Program-made: the position numbers and the translations under genes
Part shown: positions 31,338 to 41,439 of the stretch, piece by piece
Numbering within the stretch: position 1 is the first letter of the stretch
How the letters are laid out: every line of letters starts with the position of its first letter
NCBI GenBank assembly: GCA_963845185.1
Contig: CAWJRG010000005.1
Coordinates: 64,001 to 128,000, forward strand
Source: an uncultured bacterium
GTDB lineage: Bacteria > Oederibacteriota > PGYV01 > CAWJRG01
Length of the DNA stretch: 64,000 nucleotides
Reading direction: 5' to 3'
The notes under the pieces: model-generated
Told to the model about the DNA's origin: nothing
What the model saw: only the letters and a program-made list of their open reading frames with translations
Database searches by the model: none

Positions 31338-34300
31338 CTATTCCGCTGTAGTACCTATAATGGCAAATATCTTTACTATCTTCCTCTCTTTGTTTCCTGC
31401 ATTATCCACGCCTTCTACCACGCACACATATACCCCGCTAGCTACTGTCTGTCCGCTTACACTCTTTAAATCCCAGTTTATGCTCCCTGTACCAAGATCG
31501 CCTATCAGTGTTCTCACAAGCTCTCCCGCCATGTTGTAGACTTTTATTTTTATTACTCCGCCCGCGCTTGGCTGCCATGTGAATTTCAATGGTGTTGCCG
31601 TATTTCCTGTGTACGGATTCGGCAATGATTTCACAATACCAAGCAAATTAGCTGTCCCTTCATTTAATATAGTAACTGTTTTGCTTATGCTTGTGTTATA
31701 ACCCCTGTTCGTATTTACAACAATCTGTATTTCATATACTCCGCTTTGCAAATAATTTCCCTGCGTGTTTTTCCCATCCCAGGTTACAGCGTTTGTTGCA
31801 GTGTAATTGATTGTTATCGGCGGAGCTCCATTTCCTACCGGCAATACAGCATTATTATTGGTATTATTGGTTATATTCAAAGACGTCTGGCTGATGCCGT
31901 CATAAGGTGCCTTTATTGTCTGTACAAGCTCTCCTGCGCTGTTAAAAATATTTATTTGCACATACTGTGTTTCGTCAAGTGCTGTTACCTGCTTGGTAAT
32001 TGTATTCGTATGCCCGTATGGGTCAGTTGTTGTTTCCTTTATGTAATACACTCCATTTGCTACATCCTGGCCTGCGCTGTTAGTGCCGTCCCACGTGAAG
32101 TCCGCATATCCGCCTTTTGCCTGGTTAGGCGTCTCTATATCAGGCATCCTTATTATCAGTGACGTGCCTGATCCAGGCAACACCAGCCCTGTCTGGCTGC
32201 CGTTCAGCAATAATTGCATATTCTGTGCCTCTTGCGAAGTAGTTGTATTTGCTACCACTTTCACCAGTTCTCCCGCCTCGTTATACACGCTTATGTTCAT
32301 CGCATAAGGGAAAGGTTGCGACGTCCCTGTAATCGTCGCCGTTGCTGTGGTTGTCAGCGTATTTGTTATCGAAGCTGTAATCGTGTTTGTTTCTGTGGAT
32401 GTCATCGAATAAGTTATCGACGCCGTCGCCGTTTTAGTCGTCGTGGATGTTGTCGTAAGCGTATTAGTATGTGTAGCGGTTATCGTAATAGTTATCGTAA
32501 AAGTGTAAGTACAAGTTTTTGTGAGGGTGACGCTGCACGTAGGACTTGCTGTTTGCGTAACTGTTGACGTATTTGCAGGCGTATTTGTATATGTTGAAGT
32601 AGATGTGTATGTTAGTGTTGCAGTCAGCGTATTAGTATGTGTGTTTGTGGAAGTTGCAGTTATTGTATATGTGCTTGTTAGCGTCTGCGTGTACGTAGCC
32701 GTATCTGTATTTGTATATGTGTATGTTGGCGAAGCCGTGTAAGTCGGCGTTATAGTCGGCGTATTCGTAAATGTAGGCAGTGTTGTTAATGTATTTGTCA
32801 TTGTCGCTGTATACGTATAAGTGTATGTCACTGTCTGCGTGTAAGTGTATGTCGGCGATAGCGTATTTGTGTATGTCGGTGTTGACGTTGAAGTTGGCGT
32901 CTGCGTATTTGTCAGCGTTACTGTATATGTCGGCGTCTGCGTATTTGTCGCTGTTGACGTATACGTATAAGTGTATGTCACTGTCTGCGTGTAAGTACAT
33001 GTCGGCGACAGCGTATCTGTGTATGTAGTCGTTGCTGTTGGTGTAGAAGTCTGCGTATTTGTCAGCGTTACTGTATATGTCGGTGTCTGTGTGTTTGTGG
33101 ATGTCGAAGTTTGCGTGAATGTATAAGTATCCGTCTGCGTATATGTATATGTCAGTGTTAGCGTGCCTGTGCATGTCGGCGTTGCCGTCGGCGTAGAAGT
33201 CTGTGTGCATGTCAGAGTTACTGAATAAGTCGGTGTCTGCGTTTTTGTCGCTGTCGGCGTATAAGTATATGTATAGGTGTCAGTCTGCGTGTATGTTGGC
33301 GTCACTGAAGGCGTATTTGTACTTGTAGCTGTCGGTGTATAAGTATATGTATATGTGTAGGTTGGGGTATTTGTATAAGTGTATGTTGGCGTAGGCGTAT
33401 TTGTAAATGTCGGTGACGGCGTGTTTGTGGGAGTAACCGTGTATGTTGGCGTTACTGTAGGTGTATCTGTAACAGTGGAACCTGGCGGCGGCGGCGTATT
33501 TGTTGGTGACACGCATAACACGTTGAATACAACAGGATTGGAAAATTCCGGTACTATACTCGACGCACCTATACCGCCTACATTTGTAAAACTCTGGCCG
33601 CAAGCTGATGTAGATGCCCACCATGTATATGAACCGCTCTGATCGCTTATATTGCCCAGGCTCCATGTCACCATCTGTGGTGACCCTCCGACGCCTGTGG
33701 CAACCGGGTTGGAGTTTATATACGTCAATCCCGCGGGTATCGTGTCATACAAAACCGCACTTGCCGCAACCCTCGGTATTAATACAGTAAAATTATTATA
33801 TGAATCCTGTACATTGCCGGTGGTACTTGACTGCTGTCCAACTCCAGGCCTCCAGTCAGTATATGTTGCGCCTGCACCGCAGTTAAAGCCAGTGATAGCC
33901 GCGCCTGTATCTGTCCATGTAACCTGGTAAGCTGATGGCTCAGGTTGTCCAATCTGCCATATCTTTGAATTAAACACATAATTATTGCCGTTTTGCGTCA
34001 TCCATGTCTTTGTCCTGTACCATGTGTTACCGGTTATTGTAACTGCATCTGACGCACCGCCATACGTGCAACCAGACCCCGCGCATTTCTGTATGGCCAT
34101 ATACCCGCCTGCGGGATTGGTGTCTATTGATAAAAGAAGGCTATAGGCTTCGGCATTATTGCCTGCCTGTCCGTTGCTCCTCAAAATCACCAGGCCGTCT
34201 GCTCCGGGATATGTCCCGGGGCTTATAAAAACATCCGCCTCAACTATGCCTGTGCATATCTGCACGTTCTCTGTATTTCCAGAAGGGTCATTCAGCAAAA

Positions 34301-35564
34301 GCGCTGGATATGAGTTTGCCTGGCCTGCTCCGGTTAATATCCTGTCTCCTGTACTGCATGGGTCTGAAATTGTCCATGTGCCATAATCGGTATTATACGG
34401 CAAATATTCCCATCCTGACGGCGCTGCCGCCGGGTAGGTGTAAGTATTCAGTGCTGTATCGTCAAACGCCCTGTAGTCCTTAAGCTGGTCTCCGTTTATC
34501 TGGTAATTAAGATAATATGTTATGGTGACAGAAGCTCCCGGTTGTTTCATGAATGTGCTCACGCTCTCCAGTTTTTGCACTGATATTGCTGCCTCGCCCA
34601 CTGTCAGCGTTGCCGAAGAACTGCCGTTATTTCCTCCGATTGTGCTGGTTGCCGTATTTGACACCATCATTCCCGATGCCATCGCCGTAGTCATGCTCAT
34701 CAATATCCATACTGTGCCTGTCTTTGTGTAGATTGAACTTGGGAATGTCCATGTTACCGTGCCTGACATGGTACCTGCTGCAGGTGCATTCACGCTTCCT
34801 CCTGATATTGAACTCGGCCCGACAGACACAAGTGCAAGGTTTCCTCCGCCCGGCAGGCTGTCTGTTATTGTAAACGGCCCTCCATTCCCGTATGTGTAAT
34901 CAATTGAAAATAGAACCAGGTCCCCGACATACTGCAGCACGCCTTCTACCCTTTTATTCAATGTGTATGAATTGGTCAACGGCACCGGCATTGTCCAGCT
35001 TACAGCTCTCGCGTTGCAAGAGCTGCTCGTCAAGTCAGCCCAGTCTTGAGACTGTAAACCTGCGCTTTTTGTACCAACAAGCAGGTAAAGTGTCGTCGAG
35101 CCGCATTCTGTCCCCATGTCCGCAGCATTCGGCATTGTAAGGTTAAATGAGAATGCCTGCGGATAGCCATCGTTGCTGCCGGTACATGTACTGCAGCTTA
35201 ATATTGGCGTTGGACTTATATTCGGCGGCTGCCACCCCATATCATTGCTGGGACCATTCGGACTTGTGCTGTGAACGTCAATGCCTAAGTTGCTTACTAA
35301 AAATATCTGGCCTCCCGAATTGGCAGGCTGAAATGTATTGCTTGTGCTCACTGCAATATCAAGGTCGTTCTCCGAGTTATAAGCATCATGGCATATCTGC
35401 AAATTAACCACAAATTGTTGTCCCCAAGTTGGATTTTGAGGAGTAATACTTAATGAGGTTATTGAAGGATTGGCTGCATAAGCAGTATTACTGGCTATTA
35501 ATAGTATAAATAGTATTATAACTTTGGGAATGTTTATCCGTTTAAAGTGTTTTTGCAGATTCAT
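31338..35564 (-). CDS. Giant secreted (Thr-X)n stalk protein, tandem paralog of 26779-31026
   Basis: Same architecture; identical segments such as PYNTDYGTWTISDPCSTGDRILTGAGQ and CGAGATYTDWRPGVG. Confidence 0.85.
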   Translation of the reverse strand: MNLQKHFKRINIPKVIILFILLIASNTAYAANPSITSLSITPQNPTWGQQFVVNLQICHDAYNSENDLDIAVSTSNTFQPANSGGQIFLVSNLGIDVHSTSPNGPSNDMGWQPPNISPTPILSCSTCTGSNDGYPQAFSFNLTMPNAADMGTECGSTTLYLLVGTKSAGLQSQDWADLTSSSCNARAVSWTMPVPLTNSYTLNKRVEGVLQYVGDLVLFSIDYTYGNGGPFTITDSLPGGGNLALVSVGPSSISGGSVNAPAAGTMSGTVTWTFPSSIYTKTGTVWILMSMTTAMASGMMVSNTATSTIGGNNGSSSATLTVGEAAISVQKLESVSTFMKQPGASVTITYYLNYQINGDQLKDYRAFDDTALNTYTYPAAAPSGWEYLPYNTDYGTWTISDPCSTGDRILTGAGQANSYPALLLNDPSGNTENVQICTGIVEADVFISPGTYPGADGLVILRSNGQAGNNAEAYSLLLSIDTNPAGGYMAIQKCAGSGCTYGGASDAVTITGNTWYRTKTWMTQNGNNYVFNSKIWQIGQPEPSAYQVTWTDTGAAITGFNCGAGATYTDWRPGVGQQSSTTGNVQDSYNNFTVLIPRVAASAVLYDTIPAGLTYINSNPVATGVGGSPQMVTWSLGNISDQSGSYTWWASTSACGQSFTNVGGIGASSIVPEFSNPVVFNVLCVSPTNTPPPPGSTVTDTPTVTPTYTVTPTNTPSPTFTNTPTPTYTYTNTPTYTYTYTYTPTATSTNTPSVTPTYTQTDTYTYTYTPTATKTQTPTYSVTLTCTQTSTPTATPTCTGTLTLTYTYTQTDTYTFTQTSTSTNTQTPTYTVTLTNTQTSTPTATTTYTDTLSPTCTYTQTVTYTYTYTSTATNTQTPTYTVTLTNTQTPTSTSTPTYTNTLSPTYTYTQTVTYTYTYTATMTNTLTTLPTFTNTPTITPTYTASPTYTYTNTDTATYTQTLTSTYTITATSTNTHTNTLTATLTYTSTSTYTNTPANTSTVTQTASPTCSVTLTKTCTYTFTITITITATHTNTLTTTSTTTKTATASITYSMTSTETNTITASITNTLTTTATATITGTSQPFPYAMNISVYNEAGELVKVVANTTTSQEAQNMQLLLNGSQTGLVLPGSGTSLIIRMPDIETPNQAKGGYADFTWDGTNSAGQDVANGVYYIKETTTDPYGHTNTITKQVTALDETQYVQINIFNSAGELVQTIKAPYDGISQTSLNITNNTNNNAVLPVGNGAPPITINYTATNAVTWDGKNTQGNYLQSGVYEIQIVVNTNRGYNTSISKTVTILNEGTANLLGIVKSLPNPYTGNTATPLKFTWQPSAGGVIKIKVYNMAGELVRTLIGDLGTGSINWDLKSVSGQTVASGVYVCVVEGVDNAGNKERKIVKIFAIIGTTAE

Positions 35565-35652
35565 TTCAACTTGCCCCTTATATCATTTATATAAACTTAA
35601 AACTTTCTATTTAATCGTTTTTTAGTAGACAAAAAGCGTTTAAGTTAAATTT

Positions 35653-35681
35653 ATTGTATCGTATTCCGAAATTTTTGTCAA
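35653..35681 (-). promoter_or_regulatory. Probable sigma70 promoter of the second giant gene
   Basis: TTGACA-N17-TACAAT. Confidence 0.65.
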
Positions 35682-35756
35682 CTAATAAGATTAATTTTGT
35701 TGTTTTTTATATTCGCACTATTCATTTAAAATATAAAATTATATAGGATATGCCTT

Positions 35757-37799
35757 CTATTGCATCACAGATTGTTTTTTATCAATTATTGTTTTCAATT
35801 GCATTGCATTTATGTTATTGCTGTTAAATTTAATAGCATTATCAACATATTCAGTTGCTTTTGACGTTTCGCCCCTGTTTAAGTAAATAGCTGCAAGATA
35901 TGAATAGGCATAAGATGCTTTAGGGTTTAATTCAAGTGCTTCGTTCCAGTATTTTTCCGCATTTTGCGTATTGCCCAAATTGTAATAACACGATCCTATA
36001 TTTATTAGTGTCTGGTCCGAGGGTAGAAAAAGGTAGCTTCTTTTATAAAGTTTTATTGCGGTATCATAATGGCCGGCCCTGTTTAATTTATCCGCAACTG
36101 TAATAAAACTCCATGCATAATGTTTTACAGCCAACAGGTTCGTGAAATCGTCATAATTTATTTTATCGCCTATTATGCCTCTGTAGGAATATAAATCAAA
36201 AAAAATATTATTTGTAAGAATTTGTTTATTGCCTCCTGTCAATACTCTGTTAACAATGCCAACTGGTACAAAAGGAAGCTTCTGCCATTCCGCCGTAAAT
36301 GCGTTAGAATAATATATTCCTTTTTCGGAATTTGACATCATTGTTTTGTACAAATAATCAGTTCCGCTATTTTCCATTTCCGGCAATATTATTGCGTCAT
36401 GGTAATCATTTTTCAGTTGTTTCCTGTACCAATCATACTCGAGTAAGCGCGTGTTAATAAAAACAAAATCCTTTTTATTAACAAAAGATTCGTAAAGTGC
36501 GGAACTCATATTGAGATCGCCTTCTGTGAAAAAAAGCGACTTTTCAGGCAGGGTTTTTATAATATTTTCAGCATAATCATACCCAATGAAATACCTTGAG
36601 TAATCGGTTGCGTTAAATGCAGGCAAAATAATAGCTGTTGATATTGCTAAATATATATTTCTTTTTGTTCTTTGATCAATTTTTTTCAAAAAATTTATAA
36701 TAAAAGAGATGCCCGATGAAATGAATATAGAAATAAAAATATAAGACGATGTAAAATAAGGTTTTATTACCCATTCTATGCCGGGCTTGGGTGTAGAAAT
36801 TGAAATTATGCCTACCACAATAAATATATACGCAATGCTTATTGTTATTGCTTCTGTCTTAAATTGCTTTATTAAAAAATACGTTCCGGGTATTAAAAAC
36901 AATACAACATAAAAAGGGTACTCGTTCGTCAATAGATTTTTTATATAAAACCATAAAAGATGGAATGTATCAGTTATAGAATGCGCGCTTTCTGCATACC
37001 TGTATTGCTCCCTACTAATCAGCCAGAATAAATCCCTGATTGTCTTTATTTCTCCCCATGCAAAAACCGGTATGTTTTGACTTCTGATAAATGCAAATAA
37101 ATATACGGATGCACCAAGCAGAAAAAAAATTCCGCCAATAAGCAAGAATGCCGTTTTGAAATATTTTCGGTTAAAAATTAAATAATATAATACTGCTGGA
37201 AAAATTACAGCCATGCTTTGCCAGTGATTTCCCATTGATAATCCGTAAACAAAAGAAAATAAGTAAAAATATTTGATATGCTTTTTTAAATTAAATAATG
37301 ATAAAAAAATTATAATTGTAAAAAATGCGTTAATTGTATAAATGCTTCCCTTTGCCGACAAGGACTGTAAAAACGGCGTTGTGCAGAATAAATACAGCGC
37401 CGCCGATATAAAAGCAAAAAAATTATTCCCATATTTCGTATTTTTGTTTATAACAAAATATCTATTTACAAATATAAAAACCAGCAGGGCTGTTATTATA
37501 TTAAAAACCAATGCGGTTAGATTGCTTCTGTACATGATGTTGCCGGCTGGAATTAACGTGAATATCTTGCCGATAAGAGTATTCAGAGGGTATCCAGGCG
37601 GGTGCTGAATGCCGAGGGTATAAAAAGCCGTGGTGGTTTCCGGACTGTCATCGGAATTAAAAGTTGGCGCTATTTTTAAAATCCCGAATTGCCAAACTGC
37701 AATAAACGCGGTCAAGATAATCAAAAGCATCCTGATTTTGGTTGGTTTATTGAAAAAATGAAAAATCTGCATTTGATTGTTCTTAATTTGCTTAAGCAA
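35757..37799 (-). CDS. DUF2723 / TMEM260-like GT-C glycosyltransferase with C-terminal TPRs
   Basis: DDSPE..LGIQHPPGYPL, GLSMGNH, FTEGD, multiple TM segments, TPR repeats; exact start uncertain. Confidence 0.85.
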   Translation of the reverse strand: MLKQIKNNQMQIFHFFNKPTKIRMLLIILTAFIAVWQFGILKIAPTFNSDDSPETTTAFYTLGIQHPPGYPLNTLIGKIFTLIPAGNIMYRSNLTALVFNIITALLVFIFVNRYFVINKNTKYGNNFFAFISAALYLFCTTPFLQSLSAKGSIYTINAFFTIIIFLSLFNLKKHIKYFYLFSFVYGLSMGNHWQSMAVIFPAVLYYLIFNRKYFKTAFLLIGGIFFLLGASVYLFAFIRSQNIPVFAWGEIKTIRDLFWLISREQYRYAESAHSITDTFHLLWFYIKNLLTNEYPFYVVLFLIPGTYFLIKQFKTEAITISIAYIFIVVGIISISTPKPGIEWVIKPYFTSSYIFISIFISSGISFIINFLKKIDQRTKRNIYLAISTAIILPAFNATDYSRYFIGYDYAENIIKTLPEKSLFFTEGDLNMSSALYESFVNKKDFVFINTRLLEYDWYRKQLKNDYHDAIILPEMENSGTDYLYKTMMSNSEKGIYYSNAFTAEWQKLPFVPVGIVNRVLTGGNKQILTNNIFFDLYSYRGIIGDKINYDDFTNLLAVKHYAWSFITVADKLNRAGHYDTAIKLYKRSYLFLPSDQTLINIGSCYYNLGNTQNAEKYWNEALELNPKASYAYSYLAAIYLNRGETSKATEYVDNAIKFNSNNINAMQLKTIIDKKQSVMQ

Positions 37800-37804
37800 A
37801 ATTA

Positions 37805-39490
37805 TTACTTCTTAATCACTATGTTTCTTTCCAGCGTATAATTTTGCCGGCTGTTTTTTACGACCATCCTCAGTATATATAATCCGCTTCCGGCAATGAA
37901 ACCATTGTCTGTTTTGCCGTCCCATACCACTGTATTACCGCCTGCCAGGCTTCCGTCTGAGCCCTTATTTATTTCCTTTTTCCACAGTACTCCGCCGTAT
38001 ACGTTATAAACCCAAAATCTCACATCACTGTCATAGTCAAGGTAATAATTTATCGCCGTGGTTTCCCTTCCTGCCGCAAACGGGTTTGGCTGGTTTATAA
38101 ATTTATGGCTGTTTGGCGTTGATACGGAACATATAAGCTGAACAGTTTCTGTAACCGGCATGCCGTGCGGCTGGGCTGAAATCACAGTCCTTGTGTTAGC
38201 GTCCGGCGCTGTGAAGACGATGCCTGCGTTACCGTAATAATCTGTTGTTGCTGTCCTGGTACTAATGCTGCCCTCACCACTTATTATTGCGAAATCCACT
38301 GCTGTATTTGATACCGGATTTAAGTAAGCATCCTCGATAAAAGCCGTCAGGTTTGCCGTATTGCCTTTTCCCAATGTATAATTATCCGCGGTAAAGCTGC
38401 AAACAACAGGACTGCTGCTGTAAATATGCATCAAGTTTGACGGCGACACTGCCGTTATTGAGATGGAATTGTTGCAGCAGTAATAACTAGGAACTATTTC
38501 CAGATTTGGCACGCCCCAAACCGTATCCCTCTTATTATAACTTACCATTGTCATGCCCGCGCCATTCGTAATTGAAAGAGTATTATTGGGCGCAGATATG
38601 GGTACGGTCATGTTAGGGTTCGTGCTCTGAAAATATATTGTTGCAGTCCATGTGAAGCTGTTTATCGGAGGCCCGCCTTGTGAATGTGACATTGTGACTG
38701 TCACAGGGAAAGGTACCCCCGCAATTGCCGCTATCGGTACGCTTGCCGATATATAATATTGCGTCAAAGTGTTGAACCAAACTTGTTGAGAAAAGAAAAT
38801 AGTCGGGTTATTGAAATCATTGCAATACAATTGCTGGTAGGCTGCCTCGTCCGGGCTGGGAGTTACTGTTAAACCAAAATAACCCATGTCTCCTGTTGAA
38901 CTCAGGTCAATGGTCACTGGTGTAACCGAATAGGCACAAGTTTTTACTGTAAGCATTACTGTCGGCAAATTCGTCGTGATCATATTGTAATAAGCATCCG
39001 TAGCTATAACTGTCACATTAAAAGGTATTGTAGTTGTCTGGTTGGCGGGAGAACCAGTGTACCCGGAAACTGTGCCCGGCGCATATACCATTCCATCGGT
39101 TAAGAGCAATAATTTTGAGTAAGTCCCCGGCATCACGTTAACGTTCGCAGTACTTGTAACGCCCAATGAGTAGTCGGTTGCGGTCAGGGTTACAAGATTT
39201 CCAGCGCCTGTTAAATAAACCGTTCCGTTCCAAAAACCTGCGGAGAAATTAGGCGTCACATTTGTGCTGGTTGCCGAGATACCTACGTAGCCAACCGATG
39301 CGGTTAAAGTTACGTTTCCCGAGTAGCCTGTCATCACGGAATTATTTGTATCATAAGCGGTAATCGCCAAGGTCATTGGTTGGCCTGCCGTACCACTGGA
39401 AATAGACAACATAAAATACCCTAAACTATCGGCATAAACCGCGCTAGCCGTGATAAACAACAATGTTATGAATAAAAACATTTTTTTCAT
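37805..39490 (-). CDS. Secreted Ig-like (Big_1) protein with C-terminal PNP/FlgD-like domain
   Basis: Signal peptide; DAYLNPVSNTAVDF..TTDYYGNA; NQPNPF..WDGKTDNG..SGLYI. Confidence 0.8.
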   Translation of the reverse strand: MKKMFLFITLLFITASAVYADSLGYFMLSISSGTAGQPMTLAITAYDTNNSVMTGYSGNVTLTASVGYVGISATSTNVTPNFSAGFWNGTVYLTGAGNLVTLTATDYSLGVTSTANVNVMPGTYSKLLLLTDGMVYAPGTVSGYTGSPANQTTTIPFNVTVIATDAYYNMITTNLPTVMLTVKTCAYSVTPVTIDLSSTGDMGYFGLTVTPSPDEAAYQQLYCNDFNNPTIFFSQQVWFNTLTQYYISASVPIAAIAGVPFPVTVTMSHSQGGPPINSFTWTATIYFQSTNPNMTVPISAPNNTLSITNGAGMTMVSYNKRDTVWGVPNLEIVPSYYCCNNSISITAVSPSNLMHIYSSSPVVCSFTADNYTLGKGNTANLTAFIEDAYLNPVSNTAVDFAIISGEGSISTRTATTDYYGNAGIVFTAPDANTRTVISAQPHGMPVTETVQLICSVSTPNSHKFINQPNPFAAGRETTAINYYLDYDSDVRFWVYNVYGGVLWKKEINKGSDGSLAGGNTVVWDGKTDNGFIAGSGLYILRMVVKNSRQNYTLERNIVIKK

Positions 39491-39519
39491 TTTTTATCTC
39501 CTTGAATTTCGAAAAACCT

Positions 39520-41436
39520 TCAACTTATTTTCATGTATTCTTCTATTGTAGTCGTTCCTTCAATAAGCTTGTCAAATGCTGTTTCTTTTAAGGACTTAAA
39601 CCCGTTTTTCTTGTTTTCTTCCCTTATTTTTTTTGTAGCTTCCTTATTTATAAGCATTTCCTTTATTTTTTCGTTTATCGCTATCATTTCAAACACGGCT
39701 GTCCTGCCTTTATAGCCGGTATTTGTGCAATTTGAACAGCCCTTTCCTTTATAAAACACAGGTTTTTTATTGGAAAAGCCTTCTGCCTGCAGAACATTTA
39801 TTATATCGCCAGATGGTTCGTAAGGCGCTTTGCAGTTTTTATCTATCTTCCTCAAAAGCCTCTGCCCCAGCACGACAAGAGTATTTGAAAGAACCACATA
39901 AGGTTCCAGGCCCAGGCTTATTATAGTCTGCAAAGCTTGAAACGGATCCGCGGCCCTTACTTTTGAGATCACAAGGTGGCCACCTGCTATTGCTTCAAAA
40001 ACCGCTTCTGCTGTTTCCTTATTCGCTATATCGCCAACTGCTATTACATCGCAGTCCTGCTCCGCAAGGTAAGTAACGGCCTGTCCATAACTTTTCCTGT
40101 TTACTTTTGTCTGGTTTACGCCCTGCAACACGTAATTTGAAGAAGCGTCCTCAACCGTAAAAATATTTATATGCGCCGTGTTAATTTCCGAAAGTGAAGA
40201 ATAAAATGTGGTTGTCTTGCCGCTGTTTGTCGGCCCGGCAATGAGGATAAGCCCGCTCGGCATTTTTAAATATTTCCTGAAAGCATTCAACAGGGTTTCT
40301 TCCATACCTGCCTCATTAAGTGGCATTATTGTATTTTCAGCCCTTAAAATCCTTAAAAGAATTTTTTCCCCGAAGATGGTCGGGAAAGTGTAAACTCCCA
40401 TACTTATTTCCTTGCCCGCAAGCCTCATCTTCAGCTTGCTTTCTTGCGGCAATGTCCTTTCAGCAACGTTCATCTGTGCAAGTTCTTTTATCTTGTTTAA
40501 TATCCCGTTGTATAATGTTTTTGGTGCGGTCTCTACTTCATACAGAGTGCCGTCAATCCTCCTCCTTACCCTGCACTTTTCGGCAAAAGGCTCAATATGC
40601 ACGTCAGTAGCATTTGCGTCATAGGCATCCGAAAGCAGGCTCATTAAAAATGAATTAACCGGCGTGTCCTGGGATATGGCTGCCTGCGCGAATTGTGTCT
40701 CAGGCAGCTTGTATTCCTGCGCCGGTTTTGAAGGTTTTTCACTTATGAATTCCGGTTCCTGTTTCTGCTGAGCCGGTGTTGGTTTTCCCGGTTCGGGTGC
40801 CTTTGACACAGGTTGTTGTGCTGCATGCTCAGGTTTATCCTGCTTCGGCACCAAGTCTTCGGCGTAAACTCCGCGCGTAATTTTTATTTCCTGCGGTGTT
40901 TCCTTGTGCCTGCCGGATAATCCCTGCGTAGGCGTGGACATAATATCCTCAAGCTCGTCTGTTTTTGCCTTGGCGATTTCGCCTGTATCTTCTTCCTTAA
41001 ACCCAAAGTATTTGTCGACCAGCTTTTTAATATCCTCGCTGGGCGCCAGCCTTGAGTCTATGTCGCACCTTGTCGTTGCCTTCATGTCGTCAATCACAAG
41101 AAAATTCATAGGATCTGACATGGCCACAGTTATTGTCTTGCCCTGCTTATTAATCGGTATCAATTTTTCGTTGCGCATGACGGATTCCGGCATTAGTTTT
41201 AAAACATCCTTTTTTATTTCTTGAATTTCTTCGAGGTTTACATAAGGAACCCCCATCTGGTACCCTAAAAAAGTCCAGAGTATTTCTTTTGAAATATACC
41301 CCATCTTCATAAGAATCTGCCCGATTTTCTCTCCGGTTTTTCTTTGCTCTTCAAGGGCGTCTTTTAGTTGTTCCCTGGTAATTATGCCTTCTTCAAGAAG
41401 CATTTCACCTATAAGCATATTGCGCGGTCCTGCCAT
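39520..41436 (-). CDS. GspE/PilB-family ATPase with N-terminal MshEN-like domain and degenerate catalytic motifs
   Basis: IGEMLLEEGII..LKDALEEQ; ATDVHIEP, RRRIDG, GPTNSGKTTT, GCSNCTNTGYKGR; altered Asp box, Walker B and His box. Confidence 0.88.
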   Translation of the reverse strand: MAGPRNMLIGEMLLEEGIITREQLKDALEEQRKTGEKIGQILMKMGYISKEILWTFLGYQMGVPYVNLEEIQEIKKDVLKLMPESVMRNEKLIPINKQGKTITVAMSDPMNFLVIDDMKATTRCDIDSRLAPSEDIKKLVDKYFGFKEEDTGEIAKAKTDELEDIMSTPTQGLSGRHKETPQEIKITRGVYAEDLVPKQDKPEHAAQQPVSKAPEPGKPTPAQQKQEPEFISEKPSKPAQEYKLPETQFAQAAISQDTPVNSFLMSLLSDAYDANATDVHIEPFAEKCRVRRRIDGTLYEVETAPKTLYNGILNKIKELAQMNVAERTLPQESKLKMRLAGKEISMGVYTFPTIFGEKILLRILRAENTIMPLNEAGMEETLLNAFRKYLKMPSGLILIAGPTNSGKTTTFYSSLSEINTAHINIFTVEDASSNYVLQGVNQTKVNRKSYGQAVTYLAEQDCDVIAVGDIANKETAEAVFEAIAGGHLVISKVRAADPFQALQTIISLGLEPYVVLSNTLVVLGQRLLRKIDKNCKAPYEPSGDIINVLQAEGFSNKKPVFYKGKGCSNCTNTGYKGRTAVFEMIAINEKIKEMLINKEATKKIREENKKNGFKSLKETAFDKLIEGTTTIEEYMKIS

Positions 41437-41439
41437 ATT

